From: an uncultured Thermoanaerobaculia bacterium
GTDB lineage: Bacteria; Acidobacteriota; UBA4820; DSQY01
DNA length: 64,000 nucleotides
Direction of reading: 5' to 3'
Assembly: GCA_964507185.1 (NCBI GenBank)
Contig: CAZDOY010000013.1
Coordinates: 6,079 to 70,078 of the forward strand
Under the pieces are notes generated by a model that worked only from the letters and a program-made list of their open reading frames with translations, was not told where the DNA came from and ran no database searches. Of the stretch, positions 1 to 9,097 are shown piece by piece. Positions within the stretch are counted from its first letter, which is position 1; each line of letters opens with the position of its first letter. Position numbers and translations under genes: made by a program.

Positions 1-1
1 G

Positions 2-1666
2 ATCGCCACCTACTTCGACGCTGCGGCCATGATCACCGTCCTCGTCCTCCTCGGCCAGGTCATGGAGCTCAAGGCCCGCAGCCGCACCTCCAGCGCCATC
101 AAGGCGCTCCTGGGGCTCGCGCCCAAGACCGCCAGGAAGGTGGAGGACGACGGAACCGAGAGGGACGTTCCCCTGGACGAAGTTCAGCCGGGTGACACGC
201 TTCGCGTCCGGCCGGGCGAGAAGGTGCCGGTCGACGGCGTCGTCCTGGAAGGCTCCAGCTCCGTGGACGAGTCCATGGTCACGGGAGAACCCATACCGGT
301 GGAAAAAGCCCCGGACGACACCGTCACGGGCGGCACGGTCAACGCCACCGGCAGCTTCACCATGCGCGCCGAGCGCGTCGGCAGCGAAACGCTCCTCGCG
401 CAGATCGTCCAAATGGTGAGCGAGGCCCAGCGGAGCCGCGCGCCCATCCAGCGCATCGCGGACGTGGCTGCTTCGTGGTTCGTCCCCACCGTGATCCTCT
501 CGTCCGTGATCACCTTCATCATCTGGGCGCTGGTCGGCCCGCAACCGGCTCTGGCCTATGCCCTCGTCAACGCCGTCGCGGTCCTGATGATCGCCTGCCC
601 CTGCGCACTCGGACTCGCCACGCCCATGTCCATCATGGTGGGCACGGGACGCGGCGCCCAGGCGGGCATCCTCATCAAGAACGCGGAATCCCTGGAGGTC
701 CTGCAGAAGGTCGACACCCTCGTAGTGGACAAGACGGGCACGCTGACCGAAGGCAGGCCGCGGCTCACTGATGTGGTTCCCGTCGAAGGAATCGACGCGA
801 AGGAGCTCCTGGGCCTCGCCGCAAGCCTCGAGCGCGCCAGCGAGCATCCGCTCGCAGCCGCCATCGTGGCGGGCGCCGGGGACCGGAAGGCCGAGCTGTC
901 ATCGGTCGAGAGTTTTGAATCTCTTACGGGCAAGGGCGTCAGAGGTAACGTGCACGGACGGGAGGTGGCCCTCGGCAACGCCCGCCTGCTGGAAGCCCTG
1001 AACCTGAGCGAAGGGCTGCTCTCTCAAAAGGCCGAAGCGCTCCGCAAGGAGGGCAAGACGGTCATGTTCGTCGCCCTGGACGGCGCTCTCGCAGGTCTCA
1101 TAACCGTGTCCGACCCCGTCAAGGAATCCACGCCCGAGGCCGTCCGGACCTTGAAGGAGCACGGCATCCGAATCGTCATGCTGACGGGCGACAACCGCGT
1201 GACCGCCCAGGCCGTGGCAAGCGAACTGGGCATCGGCGAGATCGAAGCCGACGTCCTCCCCGACCAGAAGAGCGCGGTCGTCAAACGCCTTCAGGACGAG
1301 GGACGCTTCGTGGCCATGGCGGGAGACGGCGTCAACGACGCGCCTGCGCTGGCACAGGCGCAGGTCGGCATCGCAATGGGTTCCGGGACCGACGTGGCCA
1401 TGGAGAGCGCCGGCATCACGCTCCTCAAAGGCGATCTGCGAGGTATCGCGCAGGCCTACACGCTCAGCAGGAAAACCATGGCCAACATCAAGCAGAATCT
1501 GTTTTTCGCCTTCGTCTACAACACGATCGGCATCCCGATCGCGGCGGGCATCCTCTATCCCTTCTTCGGCCTGCTGCTGAGCCCCGTCATCGCCAGCGCG
1601 GCCATGAGCTTCAGCTCCGTCTCGGTGATCAGCAACGCCCTCCGCCTTCGCAAGGCGGACGTATAG
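2..1666 (+). CDS. copA: Heavy-metal (copper) translocating P1B-type ATPase, C-terminal part; the N-terminus lies outside the window
   Basis: The reading frame is open from the window edge. It carries the CPC transmembrane metal-binding motif (IACPCALG), DKTGTLT phosphorylation site and GDGVNDAP hinge motif. Confidence 0.9.
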   Translation: MATYFDAAAMITVLVLLGQVMELKARSRTSSAIKALLGLAPKTARKVEDDGTERDVPLDEVQPGDTLRVRPGEKVPVDGVVLEGSSSVDESMVTGEPIPVEKAPDDTVTGGTVNATGSFTMRAERVGSETLLAQIVQMVSEAQRSRAPIQRIADVAASWFVPTVILSSVITFIIWALVGPQPALAYALVNAVAVLMIACPCALGLATPMSIMVGTGRGAQAGILIKNAESLEVLQKVDTLVVDKTGTLTEGRPRLTDVVPVEGIDAKELLGLAASLERASEHPLAAAIVAGAGDRKAELSSVESFESLTGKGVRGNVHGREVALGNARLLEALNLSEGLLSQKAEALRKEGKTVMFVALDGALAGLITVSDPVKESTPEAVRTLKEHGIRIVMLTGDNRVTAQAVASELGIGEIEADVLPDQKSAVVKRLQDEGRFVAMAGDGVNDAPALAQAQVGIAMGSGTDVAMESAGITLLKGDLRGIAQAYTLSRKTMANIKQNLFFAFVYNTIGIPIAAGILYPFFGLLLSPVIASAAMSFSSVSVISNALRLRKADV

Positions 1667-1682
1667 AGATGGATATCGGGGT

Positions 1683-2489
1683 ATGAGGAAGAAATGGTTC
1701 TGGATCGCCGGCGCGCTCGCCGGCTTCGCCCTGGCCGCCGGCGTCCGCTGGATGCCGGGATGGTACTGGTCTCTACGGACCGCGAACCCGGTTCGCAGCG
1801 GAGCCCGCCTTGCGGCCGAGGAAGGCTGCTTTTCTTGCCACGCACCCCTGGGAAGGGACCAGCACGCCAACCCCGGAAACCAGTGGCAATCCGTGCCCTC
1901 GTTCTTCCGCGGGAACCTGATGATGTACGTGAAGTCCCCCGATCAGGTCGAGAACTTCATCACCTACGGACGCCCCAAGGCGCCGTCGAAATCGGGGGCC
2001 GAGCCCTACCACGCCAAGCAGCTCTTTCATATGCCCGCCTTCAAGGACCGCCTCAGCCGCGAACAGATTCACGAGCTGGCGCTCTTCGTCATCGCCGCCG
2101 ACGGATATCTGGTCCCCGACAGCGGCCCCGTCGCCGACGGCTTCACGCTCTCCCGGAAGTACGGATGCGAGTCCTGCCACGGCGTCGGCGGATCGGGCGG
2201 ACGCCCCAATCCCCGGTCTTTTGCCGAGTCCGTGCCTGGCTGGACCGGCCCCGTCTTCCCGCACCTTGTGAGGAACAGGCAAGAATTCGACCAATGGGTG
2301 CTCGACGGCCGCTCGAAGCGCTTTTCCGAAAACCGGGCCGCCTCGTTTTTTCTCGACCGCGCCAACCTCCACATGCCGGCCTTCAAGGAGGTCCTGAGCA
2401 AGAAGGACGTGGACGATCTGTGGGCTTACGTAAGCTGGTTGAGGTCCAACCGCAGTCCCATCCGGTCCAGCGGCCGCTCCGGCGGATAA
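1683..2489 (+). CDS. Dihaem c-type cytochrome with signal peptide or membrane anchor
   Basis: It has two CxxCH haem motifs (CFSCH, CESCH). Each sits in a repeated about 120-aa module ending in HMPAFK (putative Met ligand). The N-terminus is hydrophobic. The gene starts 17 bp after copA. Confidence 0.75.
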   Translation: MRKKWFWIAGALAGFALAAGVRWMPGWYWSLRTANPVRSGARLAAEEGCFSCHAPLGRDQHANPGNQWQSVPSFFRGNLMMYVKSPDQVENFITYGRPKAPSKSGAEPYHAKQLFHMPAFKDRLSREQIHELALFVIAADGYLVPDSGPVADGFTLSRKYGCESCHGVGGSGGRPNPRSFAESVPGWTGPVFPHLVRNRQEFDQWVLDGRSKRFSENRAASFFLDRANLHMPAFKEVLSKKDVDDLWAYVSWLRSNRSPIRSSGRSGG

Positions 2490-2575
2490 CCCCCCGCGCG
2501 CTGCAGACCGATTGTCCGTTTGAAATAAGCGGCCTCGCGGCCTGTTCTACCTATCTTGGAGAACAGGAGGAACCG

Positions 2576-2968
2576 ATGAAGTCTGTTTCGTTCAAAAGCG
2601 CGATAGTGTCTATTCTCGCCGTGTGCATGCTCGGCCTGGCCATTACCGCGTTCGCCGCCGGCAAAACTCAGGACAAGGGCAAGGTCATAACCGTGCAGGG
2701 CGAGGTTCTCGACCTGGCCTGCTACCTCGACCACGGGGCCCGCGGAAAGAAGCACCAGCAGTGCGCCCTGATGTGTTTGAAGGGCGGTCAGCCCATGGGC
2801 CTGATCACGAAGGACGGCAAGGTCTATCTCCTGCTGGCCGACCACCAGGACTACAAGCCCTTCAACGAGGCCAAAAACTACGCCGCGGATCAGGTCGAGA
2901 TCACTGGTCCCGTCGCCCGGAAGTCCGGTCTGACCGGATTGACGGTTGAAAAGGTGAAGAAGTTATAG
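2576..2968 (+). CDS. Small secreted Cys/His-containing protein of about 130 aa, possibly a periplasmic metal-binding protein
   Basis: ATG at 2576 is preceded by AGGAGG at 2565-2570. It has a classic signal peptide (MKSVSFKSAIVSILAVCMLGLAITAFAAG). The mature part carries CYLDHG and HQQCALMC motifs. The long 1694 ORF in the same frame is an upstream GC-rich extension. Confidence 0.6.
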   Translation: MKSVSFKSAIVSILAVCMLGLAITAFAAGKTQDKGKVITVQGEVLDLACYLDHGARGKKHQQCALMCLKGGQPMGLITKDGKVYLLLADHQDYKPFNEAKNYAADQVEITGPVARKSGLTGLTVEKVKKL

Positions 2969-3075
2969 GGGCGAAACCCTCGCTTTGCCGACAGCACCAC
3001 GGCCGGCGCCCGGCGCCTTGCAGCGGCGCGCCGCGTTCGGTCAATCTCTAATATTCCTTCACCTGGCATACGGCA

Positions 3076-3113
3076 CCGCCTCCGGTTCGTGACGGACCGG
3101 GGGCGGTCTTTTA
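3076..3113 (+). terminator. Rho-independent terminator candidate after the secreted-protein gene
   Basis: CCGCCUCCGG-(11 nt loop)-CCGGGGGCGG stem followed by TCTTTT. Confidence 0.5.
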
Positions 3114-3182
3114 TTCGGCGCGCACGCATACGGCCGGCTCACAGATCCGCGCAACGATATTGGACATTTTCAGGGTGAATAC

Positions 3183-3200
3183 GTGTTACTCATAGTAACG
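3183..3200. promoter_or_regulatory. Palindromic candidate operator upstream of the TRASH mini-protein gene
   Basis: TGTTACT-CAT-AGTAACG is a perfect 6-3-6 inverted repeat (GTTACT/AGTAAC), located about 110-150 bp upstream of the 3310/3337 start. Confidence 0.35.
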
Positions 3201-3309
3201 CATTGCGCCCACAAGAGCCCCACTCGCCGGCAGCCGCACGTTCTTCCACCCCTCCAGCCTATGTTGCCATTGTGTTTCAGACTCCCTGCAACGCTGGCAT
3301 GCAAATTGT

Positions 3310-3537
3310 ATGGTTCACGTTGGGGGTGTAGCTAATATGGCTGACTTTATGGATGGGAAATGTCCGATCTGTGGAACCCGGATTTCTCCGGAAACCGAGC
3401 ATTTTGAGATCAGCTATGCTGAAAAGACCGTGCTGCTCTGCAGCAAAGAGTGTGTTACCGTCTTTAATCTTTACCCAGAGGCCTACGCCGGAGAATACGA
3501 GCCTGAATTGAACCTTCTGGAGGATACTCATTCCTGA
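3310..3537 (+). CDS. TRASH/YHS-type metal-binding mini-protein
   Basis: C-x2-C-x22-C-x3-C (CPIC...CSKEC) matches the TRASH domain pattern. An alternative ATG at 3337 is preceded by GGGGGTG. It lies next to the copA module. Confidence 0.6.
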   Translation: MVHVGGVANMADFMDGKCPICGTRISPETEHFEISYAEKTVLLCSKECVTVFNLYPEAYAGEYEPELNLLEDTHS

Positions 3538-3623
3538 AGCGTTCCCGTCTGTCCCGGTGCGCCTGCATTTTTCTCTGTATTACCGTCCGGAATGCGTGCC
3601 TGCGCCGCCGCAGGCACAACCCC

Positions 3624-4592
3624 TCAAGCGTCTTCCCTCACCTGCTCGAATATCCTGGCCGCAAGTCCTACCTTGCCCGACCAGATATTGTCGTAGGTCA
3701 ACCACAGCCATAGGACCGTCTCCGATAGCGCACGAACCCCCACAACCGGTGTGTCCAGCGCCACGGCCTCCGTCGGGGCGGGCCAGGCCTCATCTCCGAC
3801 GAGTCGGAAAATCCCGGCGGGCTCGATAAGCCTTCGCAAGGCCTGTTCGGCCTCCAGGGCATCGGTCACTTGGATCATGGCCGACAGGGTCATGCTGTGG
3901 AAGACGGGCGTCAGAACCGCAACGCGTGTCACGCGCATTTCCATCCCTGAAAACCGTCTGACCTGCTTCGCAAAAGACGCGCCCTCACCGGTTTCCTGGA
4001 CGGGTACGAGGTTGAAAGCCACCTGGCGTCCGAAGATATCCTTGGGGATGTCCTTGAAGTTAATCAAGTTGATCGACTGGTTGTAGAGCTCTTGAATGCC
4101 GGCCTCCCCCCGCTGAGAGGCCGGAATGAAGATGTGGCAATCCACGGAAGCCAGGCTTTCCCTGGGAATCGCCTTCAGGAGGTAAGCGAGATAGAGCGCC
4201 TCGGGTTCAGGCAGAATGTACTCCAGGCCGTAGTTTCTCAGCTGTTCGCGGGGCAGAAGCGGGTCGGACCATCCGGATTCCCGATCCATATTCGCGCTCA
4301 GGTCAACCAGCAGGGCCCCGTTGTCCCGCACCCACTCGACAACGGCCTCACGCGATTCCCGGGCAAGATCGCATAAGAATACGACCTTAGCCTGATCCAG
4401 ATAGCTCTTCTCCAGCGGCAGAAAAATATCAGCCGCGTCGTCTTCAATGGATATCTGCCAAGGGCCGACCTTGTTCCCGAACATCATCAGCTGGTTCTTT
4501 GCCACGCCCATCTCGACGAGCTTCTTATGGAGTTCCTTGGCTTCCAGTGTCCTTGAGCCGACGATTGCGATGGAGCTTCCCGCTTCAATCAT
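3624..4592 (-). CDS. Aspartate-semialdehyde dehydrogenase (Asd) family paralogue, probably catalytically inactive
   Basis: It aligns along its length to Asd (QAASG-like IPASQRGEAG, QVAFNLVP, H-containing VFHSM, C-terminal W..DN..G). The catalytic NCST Cys is replaced by EPEA and the GxxGxxG motif is degenerate (IVGSRTL). The start is taken at M37 of the ORF (MIEAG), giving an 8-nt overlap with pssA. Confidence 0.55.
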   Translation of the reverse strand: MIEAGSSIAIVGSRTLEAKELHKKLVEMGVAKNQLMMFGNKVGPWQISIEDDAADIFLPLEKSYLDQAKVVFLCDLARESREAVVEWVRDNGALLVDLSANMDRESGWSDPLLPREQLRNYGLEYILPEPEALYLAYLLKAIPRESLASVDCHIFIPASQRGEAGIQELYNQSINLINFKDIPKDIFGRQVAFNLVPVQETGEGASFAKQVRRFSGMEMRVTRVAVLTPVFHSMTLSAMIQVTDALEAEQALRRLIEPAGIFRLVGDEAWPAPTEAVALDTPVVGVRALSETVLWLWLTYDNIWSGKVGLAARIFEQVREDA

Positions 4593-5394
4593 TTTCTGGC
4601 TTTCCTTCCGGCTGAATCTCCTCTTCCTCCCCCTCTCGCGGACCCATTCTGCGGCGGCCGTAACGCGACAAGACCCATCCGACGGGACCGGAGGCCGCAT
4701 AGGTGACCGCTATCCCCAGGAGGACCGCCGGCGGATCCCACGCGATGAGAATCAGGACGAGGGCGACCAGGAAGATGAGCATGGACGACCGCCTGGCACG
4801 CAGATCGAGTTCCTTGAACGACCGGAACTTGATGCGGCTGACCATGAGCCAGGCAAGCGAAACGACATAGATCAGGGCCCCGGCTTTCAGCGCGGGCGGC
4901 AAACCGGCGGGCAGGTAGTACAGAGGTAGAACGGCGGCCGCGGCGGCCGCCGGAATCGGTAGCCCCACGAAGTACTTCTTGTCGACGTGCGCCACCTGGA
5001 CGTTGAACCTGGCGAGCCTCATGGCACCGGCGACGGGAAGAAGAAAGGCAAGAAGCCATCCCGAACGTCCCAGGTCTTTGAAACCCCAGTTGTAGAGTAT
5101 GAGGGCGGGCGCCAGCCCGAAGGACAGGAAATCGGACAGGGAATCCAGCTCTTTTCCAAAATCGCTCGTCGTGTTGGTCATCCGGGCGATGCGCCCGTCC
5201 AGGCTGTCCAGGATGCCCGCGATAATCACCATGGATACCGCGAGCTTGAACCTTCCCTTGGTGCTCAGGATGATGGCGTAGTAGCCGAAGAACATGTTCG
5301 CCACGGTGAACAGGGAGGGAAGAATGGCCACGCCCTTCCTGAAGGGAACGCGCCGGCCAGTCTTCTTTATTCTTCGCAGGGTCCTGCGGGGCAT
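4585..5394 (-). CDS. pssA: CDP-diacylglycerol--serine O-phosphatidyltransferase (CDP-alcohol phosphatidyltransferase class I)
   Basis: It has the D-G-x2-AR-x8-G-x3-D-x3-D motif (LDSLDGRIARMTNTTSDFGKELDSLSDF). The start is chosen at the second ATG (5394), which has GGAAGGA 5 nt upstream. This gives a 1-nt stop/start overlap (TAATG) with psd. Confidence 0.8.
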   Translation of the reverse strand: MPRRTLRRIKKTGRRVPFRKGVAILPSLFTVANMFFGYYAIILSTKGRFKLAVSMVIIAGILDSLDGRIARMTNTTSDFGKELDSLSDFLSFGLAPALILYNWGFKDLGRSGWLLAFLLPVAGAMRLARFNVQVAHVDKKYFVGLPIPAAAAAAVLPLYYLPAGLPPALKAGALIYVVSLAWLMVSRIKFRSFKELDLRARRSSMLIFLVALVLILIAWDPPAVLLGIAVTYAASGPVGWVLSRYGRRRMGPREGEEEEIQPEGKPEND

Positions 5395-6008
5395 TATCGA
5401 TCCTTCCATGCGGCGACGGCCGTCTCGCCGGCCTTCACCCTGTCCCCTATCCTCACGATAGGTTCGATTCGGGCAGTGGGCAGATAAAGATCGACCCTCG
5501 ATCCGAACCTTATGAGCCCAATCCTCTCTCCTCGCTGAAACCGCGCGTCCGGACTCGCCCAGCAGACGATCCGCCTTGCGATAAGACCCGCGATCATGAC
5601 CACGTCCATCGCGCCTCTGGGGGTTTCGAAGGCTATTCGGATCTGCTCGTTGTCCAGGGAAGCCTTTTCGCTCCAGGCGGCCATGAACTTGCCCGGATTA
5701 TAAACCGTGCTCGTGACCGACCCATCCGACGGGGCACGGTTGACGTGGACGTTGAAGACCGACATGAAGACGCTGATTCTTGTGTTGGCTCCATCCACGG
5801 AAACGGCCACGATGCGGCCGTCCGCAGGCGAGACGAGGAGGTTCGGGTCATCGGGAGCCCGCCGTTCGGGGTCCCTGAAAAACGCACATACGCACAGGGC
5901 CGCGAACAAAAAAAAGGCGGCCCAGGCATAAAACCCGAAGGCGCCCAGAATCCCCGCGAGCACGGCAAGAGGACCGGCGAAGGGAAAAGCTTCCTCTCTA
6001 ATCGGCAT
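5394..6008 (-). CDS. psd: Phosphatidylserine decarboxylase proenzyme (short archaeal-type)
   Basis: It has an N-terminal TM segment, a PSD fold and a C-terminal FGSRVDLYLP (GS self-cleavage site). Confidence 0.8.
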   Translation of the reverse strand: MPIREEAFPFAGPLAVLAGILGAFGFYAWAAFFLFAALCVCAFFRDPERRAPDDPNLLVSPADGRIVAVSVDGANTRISVFMSVFNVHVNRAPSDGSVTSTVYNPGKFMAAWSEKASLDNEQIRIAFETPRGAMDVVMIAGLIARRIVCWASPDARFQRGERIGLIRFGSRVDLYLPTARIEPIVRIGDRVKAGETAVAAWKDR

Positions 6009-6317
6009 AACACCTCCTGCTTCAGTCTACAGGAAGTGGTGCGGTGACGAAAGATTTGATGGAGCCCGAAGCCATGCTCACGGTCCCCTGCGCCCGTCTT
6101 CGTCTCATTTCCGAGACCGGCGGCAGAATCCGATCCGGCGGGAACGCGTTCATCGGAACAGGAATGAGGGTATCCCCCTTTCCTAGGGGGTTGCTCGACC
6201 GGGCCGCCGGCGGCCTGCAAAATACCCGTGAAATAGACATTCTGCCTGCGTTTGGCTTGACGAAAAGGCCTAAATCTGCTAGCATCACGGGGTTACGCGT
6301 CGTTGGGAGATGAGACG

Positions 6318-6833
6318 ATGTGGATACGGTTTGGGGAGGTCGTAAGGCCCGTTGAGCTGATTGAATCCCTCCCCGCTCTGAAACTGGATCTGGGCTATCA
6401 CTATGATGCAAGCGTAGCGCCCCTGGAGTTGACCCTTCAGGTCACTCCGCTGAAGACGGGGCACCGGCTGGAGGGCCACTTTCATTACGAGGCCACGGCC
6501 CTTTGCGCGCGATGCCTTCGCGATGTAGTCTTCTCCGGGGAGGCCCGCTTCGATCTGGAGTACCAGCCCGCATCCGAGGCTCCGGGAGACATCGAAATGG
6601 AAGTGTCGCCCGAATCGACGGAGATCGTATACTACGACGATGACACCTTGATGCTGGAAAATCTGATCATCCAGCAGATGTATCTGGAGGTGCCGGAGAA
6701 AATTCTTTGTCGCGAAGACTGTCAAGGGCTCTGCTCACGGTGTGGAGCAAACCTGAACGATGGACCCTGCGCCTGTCCCCCCGACGCCGATCCGAGGTGG
6801 GGCGCCCTGTCGCAGTTCAAACATGCTCAATAG
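6318..6833 (+). CDS. yceD: YceD/DUF177 family protein (large ribosomal subunit accumulation)
   Basis: It shows the Cys-rich C-terminus (CxxC...CxxC) typical of DUF177 and the canonical position upstream of rpmF-plsX. The ORF track begins at a TTG at 6303; the ATG at 6318 has GGGAGA upstream. Confidence 0.75.
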   Translation: MWIRFGEVVRPVELIESLPALKLDLGYHYDASVAPLELTLQVTPLKTGHRLEGHFHYEATALCARCLRDVVFSGEARFDLEYQPASEAPGDIEMEVSPESTEIVYYDDDTLMLENLIIQQMYLEVPEKILCREDCQGLCSRCGANLNDGPCACPPDADPRWGALSQFKHAQ

Positions 6834-6844
6834 GAGAACGTACG

Positions 6845-7027
6845 ATGCCTAACCCAAGACGCCGCCACTCAAAAGCCCGCAGGGACAAACGTCGAACGGG
6901 CGACGCTCTTTCGATCCCCAACGTCGTTGAATGCCCCCAGTGCCACGAACCCAAGCAGCCGCACGCCATCTGCGAATCATGTGGCTTCTATGATGGCAAG
7001 CAGGTTCTGGAAGTAGAAGAGGTCTGA
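6845..7027 (+). CDS. rpmF: 50S ribosomal protein L32
   Basis: MPNPRRRHSKARRDKRR... with the CPQC...CESC zinc ribbon. AGGAGA RBS at 6832-6837. It is embedded in the longer 6707 ORF. Confidence 0.9.
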   Translation: MPNPRRRHSKARRDKRRTGDALSIPNVVECPQCHEPKQPHAICESCGFYDGKQVLEVEEV

Positions 7028-7034
7028 GTCGCCC

Positions 7035-8069
7035 ATGAGCATCCGCATCGCCCTCGACGCGATGGGTGGAGACAGGGCGCCGTTGCCCGAGGTCGTGGGT
7101 GCCGTCGAGGCCTATCGCAGGTTCGGCGTAAACACGATACTCGTCGGGGACGAAGCCAGGCTAAAAAAGGAACTCGCCCGTCTAAAAGCATCAGGTGAAG
7201 GGATAACCGTGGTCCATGCCGACGAGGTCGTGACCATGGATGATCCGCCCATGACCCCGATTCGCAAGAAGCGGCAGAGTTCCCTCCGAATCGCGGCCGA
7301 TCTCGTAAGAGCCGGCGAAGCGCAGGGGTTCGTTTCTGCCGGCAACACGGGCGCGGTCATGGCCGCCGCCAAGCTCGTCATAGGCGGCATCGATGTCGTG
7401 GAGCGCCCTGCCCTCGCGACCTGGATTCCCCACCCGAAGGGCGTGACCCTCCTGCTCGACGTGGGCGCGAACAGCGATTGCAAGCCCTCGCAACTCTGCC
7501 AATTTGCCATCATGGGCAGCATCTTCGCCTCCCAGCTCACGGGAATCGCTCATCCCAACGTGGGGCTCCTGTCCATCGGCGAGGAGGACATAAAGGGTAA
7601 CGAGCTCACAAAGGAGGTTTTCAAGTTACTCAGAACCGCCGATGTGAGTTTCATAGGTAACGTGGAAGGCCACGGCGTTTTCTCTGGCGAAGCCGACGTC
7701 ATAGTGACGGACGGCTTTACCGGCAACGTGGTCCTGAAAACCGGCGAGTCGGTCTACGAGTACATATCACAGACGCTCAAGCAGGGGTTCAGGGAGAGCC
7801 TTCTCGCGAAGATCGGATACATCCTCTCGGCCCACGTCTACAAAAAGCTCAAGGCCAAGATGGACTATGCCGAATACGGCGGCGCCCTGCTGCTCGGCGT
7901 CAAGGCGGTCACCATCATCTGCCATGGCCGTTCCCAGCCCAAAGCCATCATGAACGCACTCAGACTCGCGCGCGACTTCTGCCTGGCAGGACTCAACCAG
8001 CGTATCATCGAGCAGATACAAACGCGCATGAAGGATGCTCCTAATGGAAAGAATTCGATCGCGAATTAG
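7035..8069 (+). CDS. plsX: Phosphate acyltransferase PlsX
   Basis: MSIRIALDAMGGD N-terminus and full-length PlsX similarity. Confidence 0.9.
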   Translation: MSIRIALDAMGGDRAPLPEVVGAVEAYRRFGVNTILVGDEARLKKELARLKASGEGITVVHADEVVTMDDPPMTPIRKKRQSSLRIAADLVRAGEAQGFVSAGNTGAVMAAAKLVIGGIDVVERPALATWIPHPKGVTLLLDVGANSDCKPSQLCQFAIMGSIFASQLTGIAHPNVGLLSIGEEDIKGNELTKEVFKLLRTADVSFIGNVEGHGVFSGEADVIVTDGFTGNVVLKTGESVYEYISQTLKQGFRESLLAKIGYILSAHVYKKLKAKMDYAEYGGALLLGVKAVTIICHGRSQPKAIMNALRLARDFCLAGLNQRIIEQIQTRMKDAPNGKNSIAN

Positions 8070-9030
8070 CGGGACCGGACACTCCCTGCCCTCCCGCATT
8101 CTGACCAACCTCGACCTGGAGAAGATGGTCGACACATCGGACGAGTGGATCACCACCCGAACGGGGATTCGCGAGCGCCGCATTTCCGCCGAAAACGAAT
8201 ATCTGTCCCTCTTCGCCGCAGACGCCGCGCGCAAAGCGATGGACATGGCGGGCATAACGGGCGAGGATCTGGGGCTCATCGTCATCGCGACGGTCACCCC
8301 CGACCAGCCCATTCCATCCACCGCCTGCTTCGTCCAGGATGCGATCAAGGCGCCCAACGCCGCCGCCTTCGATATGCAGGCGGGCTGTTCGGGATTCATC
8401 TACGCGCTGACTGTAGCCGACAATTTCATCCGCATGGGATCGGTCAAGCATGCCCTTGTCATCGGCGGAGAGCTTCTTTCCAAGTACGTGGACTGGAAAG
8501 ACAGAGCCACGTGCGTACTATTTGCCGACGGCGCGGGCGCCGTGATCCTTTCCGCCGAAGAAAACGGGCGCGGAGTGCTCTCCTCCGCCATACACGCGGA
8601 TGGATCCATGGCCGATTTCATCACCCTTCCGGGAGGCGGCAGCCGCATCCCCGTCAGCCACGAGATGATCGATCACAACCTCCACACCATCAAAATGCGG
8701 GGCAACGAGACCTTCAAAATCGCCGTCCGCTCGCTTGAAGCAGTTTGCAGAGAAGCCATCGAACAGGCCTCTCTCAAGCCTTCGGACGTCCGGTGGTTCG
8801 TGCCCCATCAGGCCAATCTCAGGATCATCAATGCCGTTGCGGGCCGCCTAGGCTGGCCCCCCGAGAGCATCTACCTGAACATAGACCGCATCGGCAATAC
8901 GTCGGCCGCTTCCATTCCCATAGCGCTTGATGAGCTCGTGCGATCCGGCAAGGTCCAGCCGAACGAAATACTCCTCTTCGCCGCCTTCGGCGCAGGCTTG
9001 ACCTGGGGTTCGGCGCTCGTCCGCTGGTAA
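8044..9030 (+). CDS. fabH: 3-oxoacyl-ACP synthase III
   Basis: ISGTG.., the catalytic Cys in the AACAGF/GCSGF context, HQANLRI and GNTSAAS motifs. The start is placed at the ATG at 8044 (AAGGA 8 nt upstream). An ATG at 8035 is also possible. Either start overlaps the plsX end. Confidence 0.9.
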   Translation: MERIRSRISGTGHSLPSRILTNLDLEKMVDTSDEWITTRTGIRERRISAENEYLSLFAADAARKAMDMAGITGEDLGLIVIATVTPDQPIPSTACFVQDAIKAPNAAAFDMQAGCSGFIYALTVADNFIRMGSVKHALVIGGELLSKYVDWKDRATCVLFADGAGAVILSAEENGRGVLSSAIHADGSMADFITLPGGGSRIPVSHEMIDHNLHTIKMRGNETFKIAVRSLEAVCREAIEQASLKPSDVRWFVPHQANLRIINAVAGRLGWPPESIYLNIDRIGNTSAASIPIALDELVRSGKVQPNEILLFAAFGAGLTWGSALVRW

Positions 9031-9097
9031 CCCTTCTCCCCGCGCGGGGTGAACCGCCGGCGCATTCCACTTGACCGCATCGACAGTGGGGTAGTCC

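Noticed and set aside
899-1870. 323-aa minus-strand ORF overlapping copA and the cytochrome c gene
   Set aside because: It is antisense to two well-supported genes and is rich in R, A and G. It is a GC artefact.
1694-2968. 424-aa ORF spanning the cytochrome c gene and the small secreted protein
   Set aside because: Only the last 130 codons (from ATG 2576, with an AGGAGG RBS and a signal peptide) look coding. The upstream part is an R/P-rich out-of-frame read-through over the cytochrome gene.
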